A stretch of 45,226 nt of DNA from Octopus bimaculoides (GCF_001194135.2 NC_068981.1:155254367-155299592); one strand, 5' to 3'; counted from the stretch's first letter, positions 24,501 through 37,044 are shown. The notes: generated by a model from the sequence alone, not told the origin. Translations and numbers: made by a program.

Positions 24501-25475
24501 ATATGTATGTATATACATACATACATGGACACATACATATATAGGTATGACTGTGTGGTTATTAATATACATCTCCACACACATATATCTATACAGTTTC
24601 CTGTATATACACACACACATGCATGTAGAGATGTACACAAAAAAGATAATATATCCATCCTCCTGTCTGATGAACATTCTATCTTTCTAATATTTTATTT
24701 CAAATTTACAATCCTTTCAAGTAAAAATATACAGAAACATAAGTTCCTTTATGTCTATAAATATTCTAATATGAGTAAGTGTTCTTTCAAGTATGTATGA
24801 GGATGTTTACAAACAGAAAGGAAATACAATTGAAAAATTAAAAAAAGACAAAATAAGATAAAAACAAAATAAAAAAAATTAGACAAAGCAGATGTAGAAA
24901 ATGAATATAATGTAATTGTGAGCATGCACAGTAATGATACTACACTGCAACATGCAAGCACATGCATACTCTCCAACTGCTAGAGATTGAAATGTGAGTA
25001 TACCATCAACATTATCAGCATTTTACATCTACTGTCTATGCAGGTACGTGTTGAATGGTTTGAAAGGGTCTGGTGCCTTGCACCAGCATCTCAGTTTTAG
25101 CTTAGTTTCTATGGCTGGATGCTGTTCCAAACCCCAACCACTTCATAGTGTACATGCAGCATTTTTGTCTGCAGCACCAACACTAATAGAAGTTGTCTTG
25201 CCCTCAACAAGGCTAGAGTCTGTGTGTGTGTGTGTGTGTGTGTGTATCATCATCATCATCATTTTTACAGCTGCTTTTTCCATACTGGCATGGGTTAGAT
25301 GAAACTCATTCAGGAAGTGTTTTATGGCTGGATATCCTTACTATTGCCAACTCTTAGTTATTTTTCAAGTATTTATTGTTATTCTATTGATCCTTACACT
25401 TTAAAACCATGGAAACTGTCTAGCTACTGGATGTATACTTTACAGGAGACACAAACAAACCAAAAATTAGGTTAA

Positions 25476-25693
25476 CCCTTTATCATTCAAATTACTCTGT
25501 CATGTAATGCTTATTCATTGAAATTTTTAAAAATTAAGCATGCATTATCTTGTAGCTTGAAGATTTCAATAATGTGATTATTTATTTTTAGAAAGACATT
25601 TTAGGGAAGGTGTGAAAGGCCAGACCAGGCTAGTTTGAACATAAACCAAGTAGAATATTTGGGCCAGATATAGTCAGTTTAAATGCCAAAGGA
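25476..25693. mobile_element. piggyBac-type MITE
   Basis: TTAA at 25472-25475 and 25694-25697; ends CCCTTTATCATTCAAA / TTTAAATGCCAAAGGA (16/20 inverted match including TTAA). Confidence 0.6.
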
Positions 25694-26843
25694 TTAAAGA
25701 GAAGCAATAGTTGTCACTGTGTGATCTCAGAACAAGTAAATCTCTGGCACACAGTCCAGTAAAGGATTAGATGTTATCTCTAGATCCAGTACTCAGATAT
25801 ACCACATATTCACCAAGAAGAGTTCACGCAATTTTTTAATGCCACATTCAACAGAAAACACAACATCAAGCGATGATAAGAAGAAATAACTGAGAAAATG
25901 CACAAAAAATAAGCAGGAAACTAGTAAACTAACATGAGTCACAAAACTAACATGTTGTGACTAACATGAGTCACAAAACAAACCATAAAAACACTGTACA
26001 AAATAATCAGTAAAATAAAGATAACTTCCATAAAAACAGTTAAGAGCTTTTTATTTTAATAGTCAAATATTAAACTGGTTCTACCCTAATTCCTTTCATG
26101 CGTAGCTTCTGTTTCCTTGGCTGTGTAGCATTTCTAATGCTTGTTTTTTGAAAAGAAAGGTTGAGCACAACTGAGGTGAGAAAGTCACACAGAACCAACG
26201 ACAGTGAATGCAGATAACATAACTATGTTTCATGGCTTGATTGTAAGGTGTTATTTATGGCAGAGCTAGATGAAGGAAAATTTAGACTGATCTCTATTTA
26301 TTTATTTATTTTGTATTTTTATATGTCAATTTGCAAAAGTAGTATCTTCAGTTAAAGCTTTTCAGTGGGGACATTGCTTTACCACATTTCTGTTGGCAAG
26401 AATGACTAAGTAGTGCCATCATTTCTTTAGGTTTCTCACTAATATATAAGTCCTTCATTGATATAGGTTGGTAAAAGATGCGCACGCTCGCGCACACACA
26501 ATTTACATCCACATGATAATTATTTTGTTTCACTTCTATACATATTATGTTTTCTAATACAGCACATCTATAAGAGATTTTATCTCAGACAAAAAGCAAT
26601 GTACCTTGCCTGTCAGTAGTTTATGTATGTTCTGTAGGCTACATTGATAGCTAGTTTAATTTAATACTACCTCAATTGTATACACCTGATATATATATAT
26701 ATATATATATATGTACATACACACACATACACAAACATATACATATATATATATATACATATACATATACAGGGTGCGGTGAATAAACTTGTCTAAATTA
26801 TGCAAAAATGAAAATAACACTGACATCTCATTTTAACAGACGT

Positions 26844-27057
26844 TCTTTTGTTCTTTTACTTGTTTCGGTCATTTGACTGTAGCCATTCTGGAGCGTGGCA
26901 TTTAGTTGGGCAAATCGATCCCAGGACTTATTCTTTGTAAGCCTAGTACTTATTCTATCGGTCTCTTTTTGCCAAACTGCTATGTTACGGGGACGTAAAC
27001 ACACCAGCATCGGTTGTCAAGTGATGGTGGGGAGACAAATACATACACACATACATA

Positions 27058-27115
<58 letters not shown>

Positions 27116-27116
27116 N
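26844..27116 (-). mobile_element. SINE family A, 3' half running into a gap
   Basis: Near-identical to 13851-14085. Confidence 0.85.
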
Positions 27117-27570
27117 NNNNNNNNNNNNNNNNNNNNNNNNNNNNNNNNNNNNNNNNNNNNNNNNNNNNNNNNNNNNNNNNNNNNNNNNNNNNNNNNNNNN
27201 NNNNNNNNNNNNNNNNNNNNNNNNNNNNNNNNNNNNNNNNNNNNNNNNNNNNNNNNNNNNNNNNNNNNNNNNNNNNNNNNNNNNNNNNNNNNNNNNNNNN
27301 NNNNNNNNNNNNNNNNNNNNNNNNNNNNNNNNNNNNNNNNNNNNNNNNNNNNNNNNNNNNNNNNNNNNNNNNNNNNNNNNNNNNNNNNNNNNNNNNNNNN
27401 NNNNNNNNNNNNNNNNNNNNNNNNNNNNNNNNNNNNNNNNNNNNNNNNNNNNNNNNNNNNNNNNNNNNNNNNNNNNNNNNNNNNNNNNNNNNNNNNNNNN
27501 NNNNNNNNNNNNNNNNNNNNNNNNNNNNNNNNNNNNNNNNNNNNNNNNNNNNNNNNNNNNNNNNNNNNNT

Positions 27571-28031
27571 CAAATGCTCTAATTGCTGACAGTAGACTTG
27601 AGCATTGATTGTTGCATTAGGTGGTAACAATTCAAAGTGAATTACTCCTTTGCAATCCCACCAGATAGAGAGAAAAACCTTTTTCCCATGAAGTTCCCTT
27701 CTTGGTTGTGGTTGAGCTTTTTCCCTTTTACCAAGCCACTGTTTACGACATTTAACATTTCAATAGAAGATCCATTTTTCGTCACCAGTCACAAGTCTAT
27801 CCAAAAAGGGTGAAATGAGTTCGCGAGAATGGAGAGAAGAGCAGATACCAATTCGAGATTTGCGGTTGCTTTCGGACAATTCATGAGGCACCCATTAGGA
27901 ACCTTTCCAAGTTGTTAAAGACGACGATGAACAGTTGTATGGTCTTAAACTAAGTTTTATTGCCAATTCTTCAACTGATAATGCAGAATTTTCTTCAAGT
28001 AATGCCTCAAGGAGCTTATCATCAAACTCAG
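27571..28031 (-). mobile_element. Decayed mariner transposase fragment (second family)
   Basis: Motifs WVPHEL, VTGDEKW and LSIWWDCKGVIHFELLPPNATINAQVYCQQL; clearly diverged from the 6274-7221 copy. Confidence 0.9.
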
Positions 28032-28642
28032 CTGGATGTTAAGAAGGTGCATCCCTCCCGGCTTGCCAGCTCTGGTCACAGTGTCCAACCCATGGCAGCA
28101 TAGACAATGGACGTTAAATGATGATGATATTAGTACGATCACACTATCTTTAAGATGACAATGATTTGATATCATTGTGTCATATTTTCCTATAGTTTAT
28201 ATGAATAAGTATACATATGGCATGCATGAAGAAGAACACTGGCACGAAGGAAGCTTGAATGTCATTAGTATTCCTTACTAAACACAGTATCATTGTAAAT
28301 ACTGTTATACCATTATATCCTATCTATATTTATGTGTAGTGAAAATCTGAGCTCACCTCATTCATATTATTGGCATCCTTTTGATGCAAACTGAATGAAA
28401 GAAGTGTATTGTTTTTTTATATATAACATGCAGTTGTTATATAATTAAATATTGTTACATATAAAATGAAAGTGAAGTGAAGCAAACCAATGTGTTGATA
28501 TTTAATAACAATATAATCTTAATATCACTCACGTTGAAAAGGAAAATAATTAGAAACAATATAATTGTATATACGAATAATATATTTACTGTTAAAGCAA
28601 TAAGCACACCTATACTATTGTGCCACCTGACTTTTTCTCATA

Positions 28643-29037
28643 GAATTTCAGTAAATTCACATGAGTCAGCTTTGTTTTCTCATAAGTTTCTGAAAAATGG
28701 GGGTTTTTGAATGAAATTTTCCACAAATACCATTATGAGTGCGTAAATTGCGATTATATAAGAACTTGACATGAAAAGAAAAATAGTAAGCACCTATATA
28801 TGCATACTTACACACATCACAATTTTTTTCAGAAATTTCAAGTTTCATTTTGTAGATATATATGATCTGTGTCAATATGCATGTGTGTGAGACCACCAAT
28901 TTTTTTTTTTCATATTAGATTGTGATGTAATCATAATCTACACACTCTGAAAGTTGTATCAAATTTCATCAAAAAATATTCATTTTTCTGAAAGCTTTGT
29001 CGAAGCAAATCAAACTCATGCGAATTTTCTGAAACTC
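28643..29037. repeat. Degenerate long inverted repeat (about 140-bp arms), probably an old MITE or foldback element
   Basis: Arms 28643-28783 and 28900-29037 align in reverse complement at roughly 70% by eye. Confidence 0.6.
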
Positions 29038-30290
29038 ATCTCTTTAGCATGGGCTGGAGGGGACAGATTTGCAATACAGCATCTCTATATATTTTCACTA
29101 TAATCCAATGAGGGAGCCTCTGTGTAGTTACTTGACCGGCTTGGAATAGTGGCCAACACTTCTCCAACTTTCCTATTACAGCAATTTTCAAGAATCTTAG
29201 ATCCATGGTTTACTTAATAACATCCTAAAAATGTTATGGAACACCATCAACCTTTTTAAAGTTACTCATATACATAGATATAGTAAACACATTGCCAGAC
29301 AATTGATAAAGAAATAAGTATTTCTTTATTGATTGTCTGATGATGTTTGCTCCATGTTTGCCCAATAAGCTGCACCTAGTGGTTGCACCTGTCTCTTGAC
29401 ATCATGTGCTACCAAATACTGAAGCATATGTAACAATTGGAATAAAAGAATACCAAATTATACCCATGTTTCTTTCTCTTATCACCGTATTTGCATTATG
29501 TCATAGCTTACCAATGGATACAGACAGCCTGTGTGTACAAGTGATGGTGAGAATCTAATGTGATTAACATTAGAGCTGAAACCTATGCGGTTTAATTATT
29601 GCATATCATGTGTCTAATTGTATCTATATACATACATTTAAGTACAAAAATTGTTTCAAAGCATAAGTCTATATATGCATTTACTTTTTGCTGCAAAGAA
29701 ATACATATGCATATGCACTGGTGCAGTGTATGAAAAACACTCAAGTTACCTAAATATCTTGTCATTTGCTAACTTACTTAAAAAAGCTTGCAGCACATCT
29801 ATATTACTGCTACATAAAACACACTTGTGCACTGTGTTACAAGAACTAAAGATGCCTGGAGTATTACTTTTATAAAAAATTAAAAAAATGAGGCATGTGT
29901 TCAATAATGTAGTCCTATGTCTACTATATCTGAGAAAAACCAGAACTGATGATCGAAGCTAGAATGTCTCTCATTAGGTTTACTCATTCAGGGTTAACCT
30001 TGGGTTACAAACATCATCATCAGCAACAACAACATCTATAGCAACAGCAACAATAAAAACAACTTGACTACACATCGTTTCATTTACCAAAATTCAGTGT
30101 TCTCGAATCTGACCTACTTCTTCCTAAATCAACACTCAGCAGTTCTCTATAATAACAATTTATGCTAGATGAAAAAATATCTGCATGATATATAAATGAA
30201 ATTATCTCTGCATATAAAAAGTAGACTATACATATATATAAATGAATGAATGAATGAATGAATGAATGAATGTATGTATGTATGTATGTA

Positions 30291-30321
<31 letters not shown>

Positions 30322-30669
30322 ATGTATGTATGTTAGGTCCATGCATTAATTGTGTAAATACAGGATTAAAAACTAGTGGAATGACTTCTATAACTCTGGG
30401 AATAAACTACATGGGTGTATGAACTGCTGAAAATATAAAATAAGTATATAGTATGTAATATTACTATGTAAAGTATTGAGTTGGTTTGAAATGCAGCAAT
30501 CAGAAGACGAAGGTAAACTGAAAGCATCTGCGCTATTGAACTATAGTTGAGAGAGAATGGTAGGATTTGGGTGAGAGAATGTCACAGTTTTATAATGGTT
30601 TATAATGGAAATTAAGTAGAGAGATGAAAGAAATGCTGAAATAAGGTGGTTTTGTTGGCATACAAAAAC

Positions 30670-31420
30670 TATGGTCAGATGAAAAATTGATGAATGCATC
30701 GAGGAAAATGTTTAGCAGTATTTCTTCCAGTTTTTTGTTCTGTTGAGCAGTGGGGTCAATGTAATTGACTTGCTCCCTCCTCTGATATTACTGGCATTGT
30801 GCCAAAAGTTGAAATCATCGTTGTTGTTGTCATCAACATCATCATCATCATTGGCGGTCATCATCATAATCATCAGCAACAACAACAGCAAGGTGGTGAG
30901 CTGGCAGAATTGTTAGCAAGCAGAAAAAAGTGCTTACTGGCACTTCTTTTAGCTCTACATTCTGAGTCTAAATGCTGCCAATGTCAAATTTACGATTCAT
31001 CCTTTTGGGGGTCAATAAAATTAAGTGCTTTTCAAGTACATGGGTCAATGTAATCAACTTACTCCTCTCCTAAAGTTTCTGGCTTTGTGCCAAAATCAGA
31101 AAGAGTTATCATTATATTATTATTACTTGGGTTGATAGTATCAACTAGCGACCTACACCTAATAATTTTTGATTGTAACTAAATTATAAACAATTATTTA
31201 AGAGTGGTAGATTAGCAGAATCATGAGATTTTTCAGATAACATGCTTTGTAGAATTTCTTCTGGCTTTTTATATTTTAAGTTCAAATCCTGCCTAAGTCA
31301 GCCTTGTTTCTATACTTTTAGAATTCACAAAATAAAGCACCCATCAAATATTGAAATCAATGTAACTGACATAGCTCCCCACCTATCAACATTGGTGGCC
31401 TTTTGCCTGAATTAGAAACA
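30670..31420 (+). mobile_element. Three head-to-tail SINE family B copies (30670-30815, 30892-31105, 31203-31420)
   Basis: Repeated gcagaat..ttag / ttctgagt / caatgtaa..gact / gtgcc motifs separated by trinucleotide tails. Confidence 0.7.
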
Positions 31421-32224
31421 ATTATCATTATTATGATGATGATGAATCTTAAAATAAATAAGAGGAAAGATAATTGTAAAAGAAAAAACAAAAATTGCTT
31501 ATATTAAATAGCAATCATGAATTGTCTGTAATTTGATCTAAGACATTACTAATAAACAGTAAAATGTTAAAAACATAAGTTTCCTTTAAATTAAGTAGTA
31601 AAGTAAATTGTTCATTAATGAAGCAAACAAAAATAAGGAAAACATTAGCGTAGCAAACAAAATAACTACAAGATAATAAACTATGATGGAAATGCAATTT
31701 CACAACTAATTAAATATTAAAATATAATTTCAGGCGTTATGAAAAAAATGATGCTGTTTAAAAGTACCTCATGACCTAGATTTTTATACTTTGGAGTACA
31801 ACAGTATATAACCAAGCACAAAAATTTTGTGTTTCACATTGGGAACAAATTGTCTTCTAACAGCAGATTGCTTGGTTCATTTGAGTGACAGACAAGATGT
31901 TTGCCTTCTGAGATTAAGTTGAGCCATTTTCCAGGCTTTTTAAAGTAAAGCACCAGTCAAGGTGGTGAACTGGCAGAATCATTAGAGCACTAAACAAGAT
32001 TCCCTGTGGTATTTGTGTGAGTTCTTTGCATTCTGAGTTCAAATCCCAACATGGCCTGTTTAAGTGACAGAATTAATTGATCACTTGGTTCAAACCCTCA
32101 CTTTTGCAAGAATTCAGTCCAGATCTTCAGTCTGAGGATATCTTGCTTCCACCAGAAGCATAAGGACATGGGCACAGTCTTTCTGCCACAGTGTTATTTT
32201 TTTTATTAAATCTGACACTTATTG

Positions 32225-32410
32225 TCATCATCATCATTTAACGTCCGTTTTCCATGCTGGCATGGGTGGGATTGTTTGACACGGTTTGGCCAGCTGGAGA
32301 GCTGTCTAGACTCCAATTGTCTATTGTGACATGGTTTCTATGGCCAGAAGCCCTTCCTAATGCTAACCGTTTTACAGAGTGAGCTGGGTACTTTTTACAT
32401 GCCAACAGCA
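32225..32410 (-). mobile_element. SINE family C, 3' part
   Basis: catcatcatcatttaacgtccgttttccatgctggcatggg. Confidence 0.7.
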
Positions 32411-32449
32411 CATTATTTAATGTAGTAAAGTATACCAGAAAAATAAAAT

Positions 32450-32842
32450 TATTCTATCAGTTTCTTTTGTTGAACTGCTAAGCTACAAGGATGTAATGTG
32501 ACCAACAAAATTCATTGTGCAGTGGGGTCAGACACAAACACAAAAACACTTACACATAGATGCACATAAACACACATAAATACACACAAACACACAACAA
32601 ACATAAGCACATAACACACAACAAACATAAGCACATAACACACACAGGCACACACACACACTCGCGCGCACACACACACACACACTCGCGCGCGCACACA
32701 CACACACACACACTCGCGCGCACACACACACACAGAATGGGATTCATTTAGTTTTCATCTACCAAATCTACTCACAAGTCTTTGGTTATCCTGGGTCTAC
32801 AGTAGAAGACACTTGCCCAAGATGATTCACAATGGGACTGAA
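32450..32842 (-). mobile_element. SINE family A with higher-order central repeats
   Basis: Family A halves flank 32540-32735. Confidence 0.75.
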
Positions 32843-33204
32843 TCTACTTACAGCTATAAAGATAGTAAAAAGAATTACTTTGAATATTATTTGTTAGTGT
32901 TACGTAACCTTCTTCAGTTCTAGTGGAAATAGTTATCAAAGTACTTTGGAGCTATCCATATATCAAACATGCAAGGAAAGAAGAGGTCCCCATTATTACC
33001 TAGAGAACCAACAAAGAAGCTTCTTTGTGGTTGATCAATTCTCTAGAAATAGTTATCATATCTCCTTCAAAGCACTGTCTGCTGCCTGAGAAGTAAGGGA
33101 AAAGACACATTAGATAATGTAGTCTGGGGTAAACTATACTAGAAAAATAAAATTACAGAAAGGCTAAGACGGAATGCTTTTAGTCACAGGTTTGCTGAGA
33201 TGGT

Positions 33205-33260
33205 GGTGAAGAAGAAGAAGAAGAAGAAGAAGAAGAAGAAGAAGATGAAGATGAAGAAGA
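33205..33260. repeat. (GAA)n microsatellite
   Basis: Seen directly. Confidence 0.95.
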
Positions 33261-33837
33261 CAATAACATCCACAACAGAGCTATTCCCTCTATTTCTCTT
33301 TATATATTGATTATTTTTGTCTTGTCAATCAAGTAGAATAACTTTGCTGAAGAGGTCTAACAAGACAGAAATCTGCCTATTACTTTTTAATAGTTAGCTT
33401 TGGAGTTAATCCCCTTTCTTGTTGCTTTTAGATTCTAAAATCTGTGAAGGAGTGTTTGGTCCTAATTGCTCAGATGATCGAAATTTTTTAACTCATTATG
33501 TTACATATGTGTGACCTTTTCATAATCAACAATTTATTAATCTTTAAGACAAAAAAGAAAACAATAAATGATATGTAGTATATTAACTGGAATTTCTATT
33601 TCTATTTCGAGTTGTTTAAATAATAGAAGGAAATGGAAAATAGTAAGAAATTCAACTAAATAATGACATAATGAACATGAGATTCCAGATATAAATTTAG
33701 AGGCTTCTTTCCCAAGAAAATGTCAAATATGTCGAGGAGGAATAAATGTTAAACAATTGCTAATACAGTAAATAATTAACAAATTAGATACATTCATATA
33801 ACAGCAGATAAGAAATAGAATGATATGTTTTGCGAAC

Positions 33838-33920
33838 ACTTACAAAGATCTTCAAATCATTTGTATGAAATTGTCTAGTTTCTTACCTGGAAAATAATAA
33901 AAAAAGAAATTACTCATAAA
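33838..33920 (-). other. Candidate recursive splice site with a 43-nt cryptic RS-exon
   Basis: Minus strand: gagtaat-ttctttttttattattttcCAG|GTAAGA..(43 nt)..ttt|GTAAGT. Confidence 0.5.
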
Positions 33921-36444
33921 AATCAAGATTTATATATATATATATATATATACATATATAAAGAATTGTTTAATATTTGTTTAAAGTAAACATTTTTGTA
34001 TTTGGTTGTTAAATCTAAAAACCAATATTTGTTATTATAAAAGATATATATTATCGAAAAAAAAAATGAATATTTGTTTTGAAAAAATATTTATTACTGA
34101 AAAAAAAAACATACTAAAATTGTTGTAATCAGCTACTGCATCTGCCATCTTTTAACAAGAAATACTTCTCATCTTTTTTTGCATAGATTTTCTTTTTCTA
34201 GTAATATTTTTCTCTTTTTCAGAATTCAAAGAATTGTGAAAATAGAAAATACTACTGGATTTTCAGATTTTCCTTTTCTTACTTTACATTACTTACAAGA
34301 TAAAATGGTTGAAATTTTTAAATATAATTTCTTAGAGGGTAATTATGGAGATTCTAAACAAATCTGCAATTTTCTGAGTCATCAAAATGCCAGCTTGCCA
34401 GTAAAAAAGGTTAGCTGTTCATTTCAGATCACTGGCAATTTACTATGCATGAGGGAGTCTTTATGTGGTCGCTTGACTTGTGCTAGAAATAGCAGCCAAA
34501 TCTCTCCCAAAGCACACTCCATTGTCTTAAATACACACACACACACACACAAACACAAGATTACATTATCTAGTGTGTCTTTCTTTAGATATATGTGTGT
34601 GTAGTTTTTGGTTTTTGTTCTTTCATCATCTACATATAAAACTGACTTGGAGCTAACAACTTTGATTCTCAATGCTCTACTTTAATATGTTGGAAACAAG
34701 TACCAAGGAAGGGTGAAGCATAATGTTTAATTCAGTGCAAATAAATATGTATGAATTAGATAACGAGATCCTAAATACAATATATCTGGAAACCAAATGG
34801 AATGGTCATGAGTGGAATGCCTTTGATCATAGGTCTACTTGATCAGGAGTAGGTTGGAGGTTTGCAATAGCAACATGTCTAATCTATTTACTCTATGAAT
34901 AAACCTCTGACATTTTTCAAACACCTTATTTACTACTTGTGGAATGGATTAAGAAGAAATGCATGAATATATCTAGAAACAGTGATAAAGCATTTTATGC
35001 ATAGTTTTACAGCAGAAATTATGGGGATGACAGAGATGAGGTGAACTGGAAGTATAAGGTCAGTGACATCCTTAAATGGCTGAGGGGGCTTGCCAGAAGG
35101 AGAGGACTGAGGAATTTCATGTGCACAGAAACAAGACTAGAGTGGGTCCCTTTTCACCTTGGGGTTGTCATATGAGATGAATATGTGTGTAGCTGCATTG
35201 AGTATAGGGAGTTTGCTGCTAGGTTCTAACCAGAGGTTAGGCAGGTAGGGCACCTTTGGATATAACTTGGCTGGAAAAGATTGATGCTCTTTTCTTCCCC
35301 ATACAACAGAAAGGAAGACAGCAAATTGGACAGAATTATTAGAGTGTCTACTAGAACATCATGTATGACTTGTTCCTGGCTCTCTACAATCTGAGTATGA
35401 ATCCTGCCACAGTCAAACTTTATTGTTTGTCCTTTTGGGGGTTGGAATGAAACAGCTTGGGATAGCTAACTGGACATTCAACCTGTTTTGGTGACAGTAT
35501 ATTCTAGCACTGGAAGCAAACACACTCACACACACACACACACATGCAAAAATATACATGTCCAGATGGCAAGAAGGAGAGCAAGAAACATTAAAACAAG
35601 AGAAAGATATTAAAATATGTTGATGTCAAATAAGTCAGCATCAAATTAGTGACAACAAATAGGTGATGCCAAAATGGTTGTGGCAGAACATCTTATACTC
35701 TATTGGAGTTGATGAATAAAAGAGCAGTAGATTCATCTCTATTTTTTTCTTTTCCCCAACTTTTTCTTTATGGACTGTACCAGTAATTAAATCATCATTA
35801 TCTGGTTGTGCTGCTAGCATGGATTCCTGTGACTCTGTTACCATCCAATCCTGTTATTCACATGAATTTGAATTCAGAGCTTCAGTCTTTCATTACCTGA
35901 TTACACGACCATGGATGCCACTCCTATGGATGCACTGCAGTTACTCTCTTGATAGAGCTTGATCTTCTAGGATTCCTCTGCTCAGCATCAATGTAAGAAG
36001 CACTGTTGGCTCATCTGAGCTCTTCTGTTGCCTCTTCACAATCTGCTATGCTGCAGCCCCATGACTTTGCCGTAACCCTGGCAGAGTGGCCAAACAGGTG
36101 CTATGCTTTGCCAAAGGGCAACTCATAACAAAGCAGAACACAGTCATCAAACTGTGAGGTATTTTCAAAATACCTACATTCCCAATATTCAATATTCCAC
36201 AGACATATTATACCCTAAACACAATTCTCAGGTTGAATTGGTGTGATAAGGGTGCACATTTTAATTGCAACTCAGTATATAATGTCTGAGGAGCATTATA
36301 AGCTGCTTTCACAAACAAGAGTTCAGTCACTCAGACAACTGAATGCTTGTTTATTGTCAAGACTAATGGAGAATCCACTTCAGCAGAAGTAGATGTTTCA
36401 GTGTTTGAGCCATTACAGTTACAAGAAGTACTTTAATCCTTTCT

Positions 36445-36586
36445 GTTATAGGCACAAGGCCCGAAATTTTGGGGGAGGAGACTAGCCAATTACATTGACC
36501 CCAGAATTTCACTGGTATTTAATTCATTGATCTCGAAAGGACGAAAGGCAAAGTTGACTTTGGCAGAATTTGAACTCAGAACGTAC
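36445..36586 (-). mobile_element. SINE family B, head missing
   Basis: Reverse complement of 43705-43845. Confidence 0.75.
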
Positions 36587-36602
36587 TTTGATCAAGCTAA
36601 GA

Positions 36603-37044
36603 TCTTTTATCTTTTGCTTGTTTTAGTCTTTGGAATGCGACCATGCTGAGGCACCACATCTTTTACTTGTTTTAGTCTTCATAAAGTGACCATGCTGGGG
36701 CACCACCCTGAAGGGTTTAGTCAAATAAATCAACCCCAAGACTTATTTTGAAGCCTGGTACTTATTCTATCTGTCTTATTTGTTGAACCACTAAGTTAAG
36801 GGAAGTAATCAAAGTAATACTGGTTGTCAGGCATTAGTGGGGGACAGACAGACAGACACATACACACATGCATGCACGCATACACACATGCATGCACGCA
36901 CACACACAATGGGCTTCTTCCAATTTCTGTTTATCAAATCTACTCACAAAGTTTTGGTTGCCCCAAGGTTAGAGTAGAAGACATTCGTCCAAGGTACAGT
37001 TACATGGGACTGAACTTAAGAGTACATAGTTGAGAAGCAACTTC
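36603..37044 (-). mobile_element. SINE family A with duplicated 3' end
   Basis: The tcttttRcttgttttagtc..gaccatgctg..gcaccac segment occurs twice (36603-36657 and 36659-36710). Confidence 0.8.

Noticed and set aside
25020-25050. Plus-strand AG|GT sites (tatgCAG|GTACGT at 25043; also 23938, 39228 and about 40265)
   Set aside because: Short or interrupted pyrimidine tracts or weak donors; kept as a reminder of the chance background for AG|GT motifs.
26768-26840. TA-CAGGGTGCGGTGAATAAAC as the right TIR of the 27571-28031 mariner
   Set aside because: It looks like a Tc1/mariner terminus, but a SINE and a gap separate it from the transposase and no partner TIR is visible, so linkage cannot be shown.
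33316-33375. Second hammerhead-like core CTGAAGA-GGTC-TAACAA-GACA-GAAA
   Set aside because: The closing pair of stem II is mismatched and I could not build stems I and III around a valid NUH site; an alternative 12-bp hairpin overlaps it.
34179-34604. 141-aa plus-strand ORF with a strong-looking acceptor at about 34222
   Set aside because: AT-rich low-complexity composition, runs through a family D repeat and (CA)n, no convincing donor and no homology.
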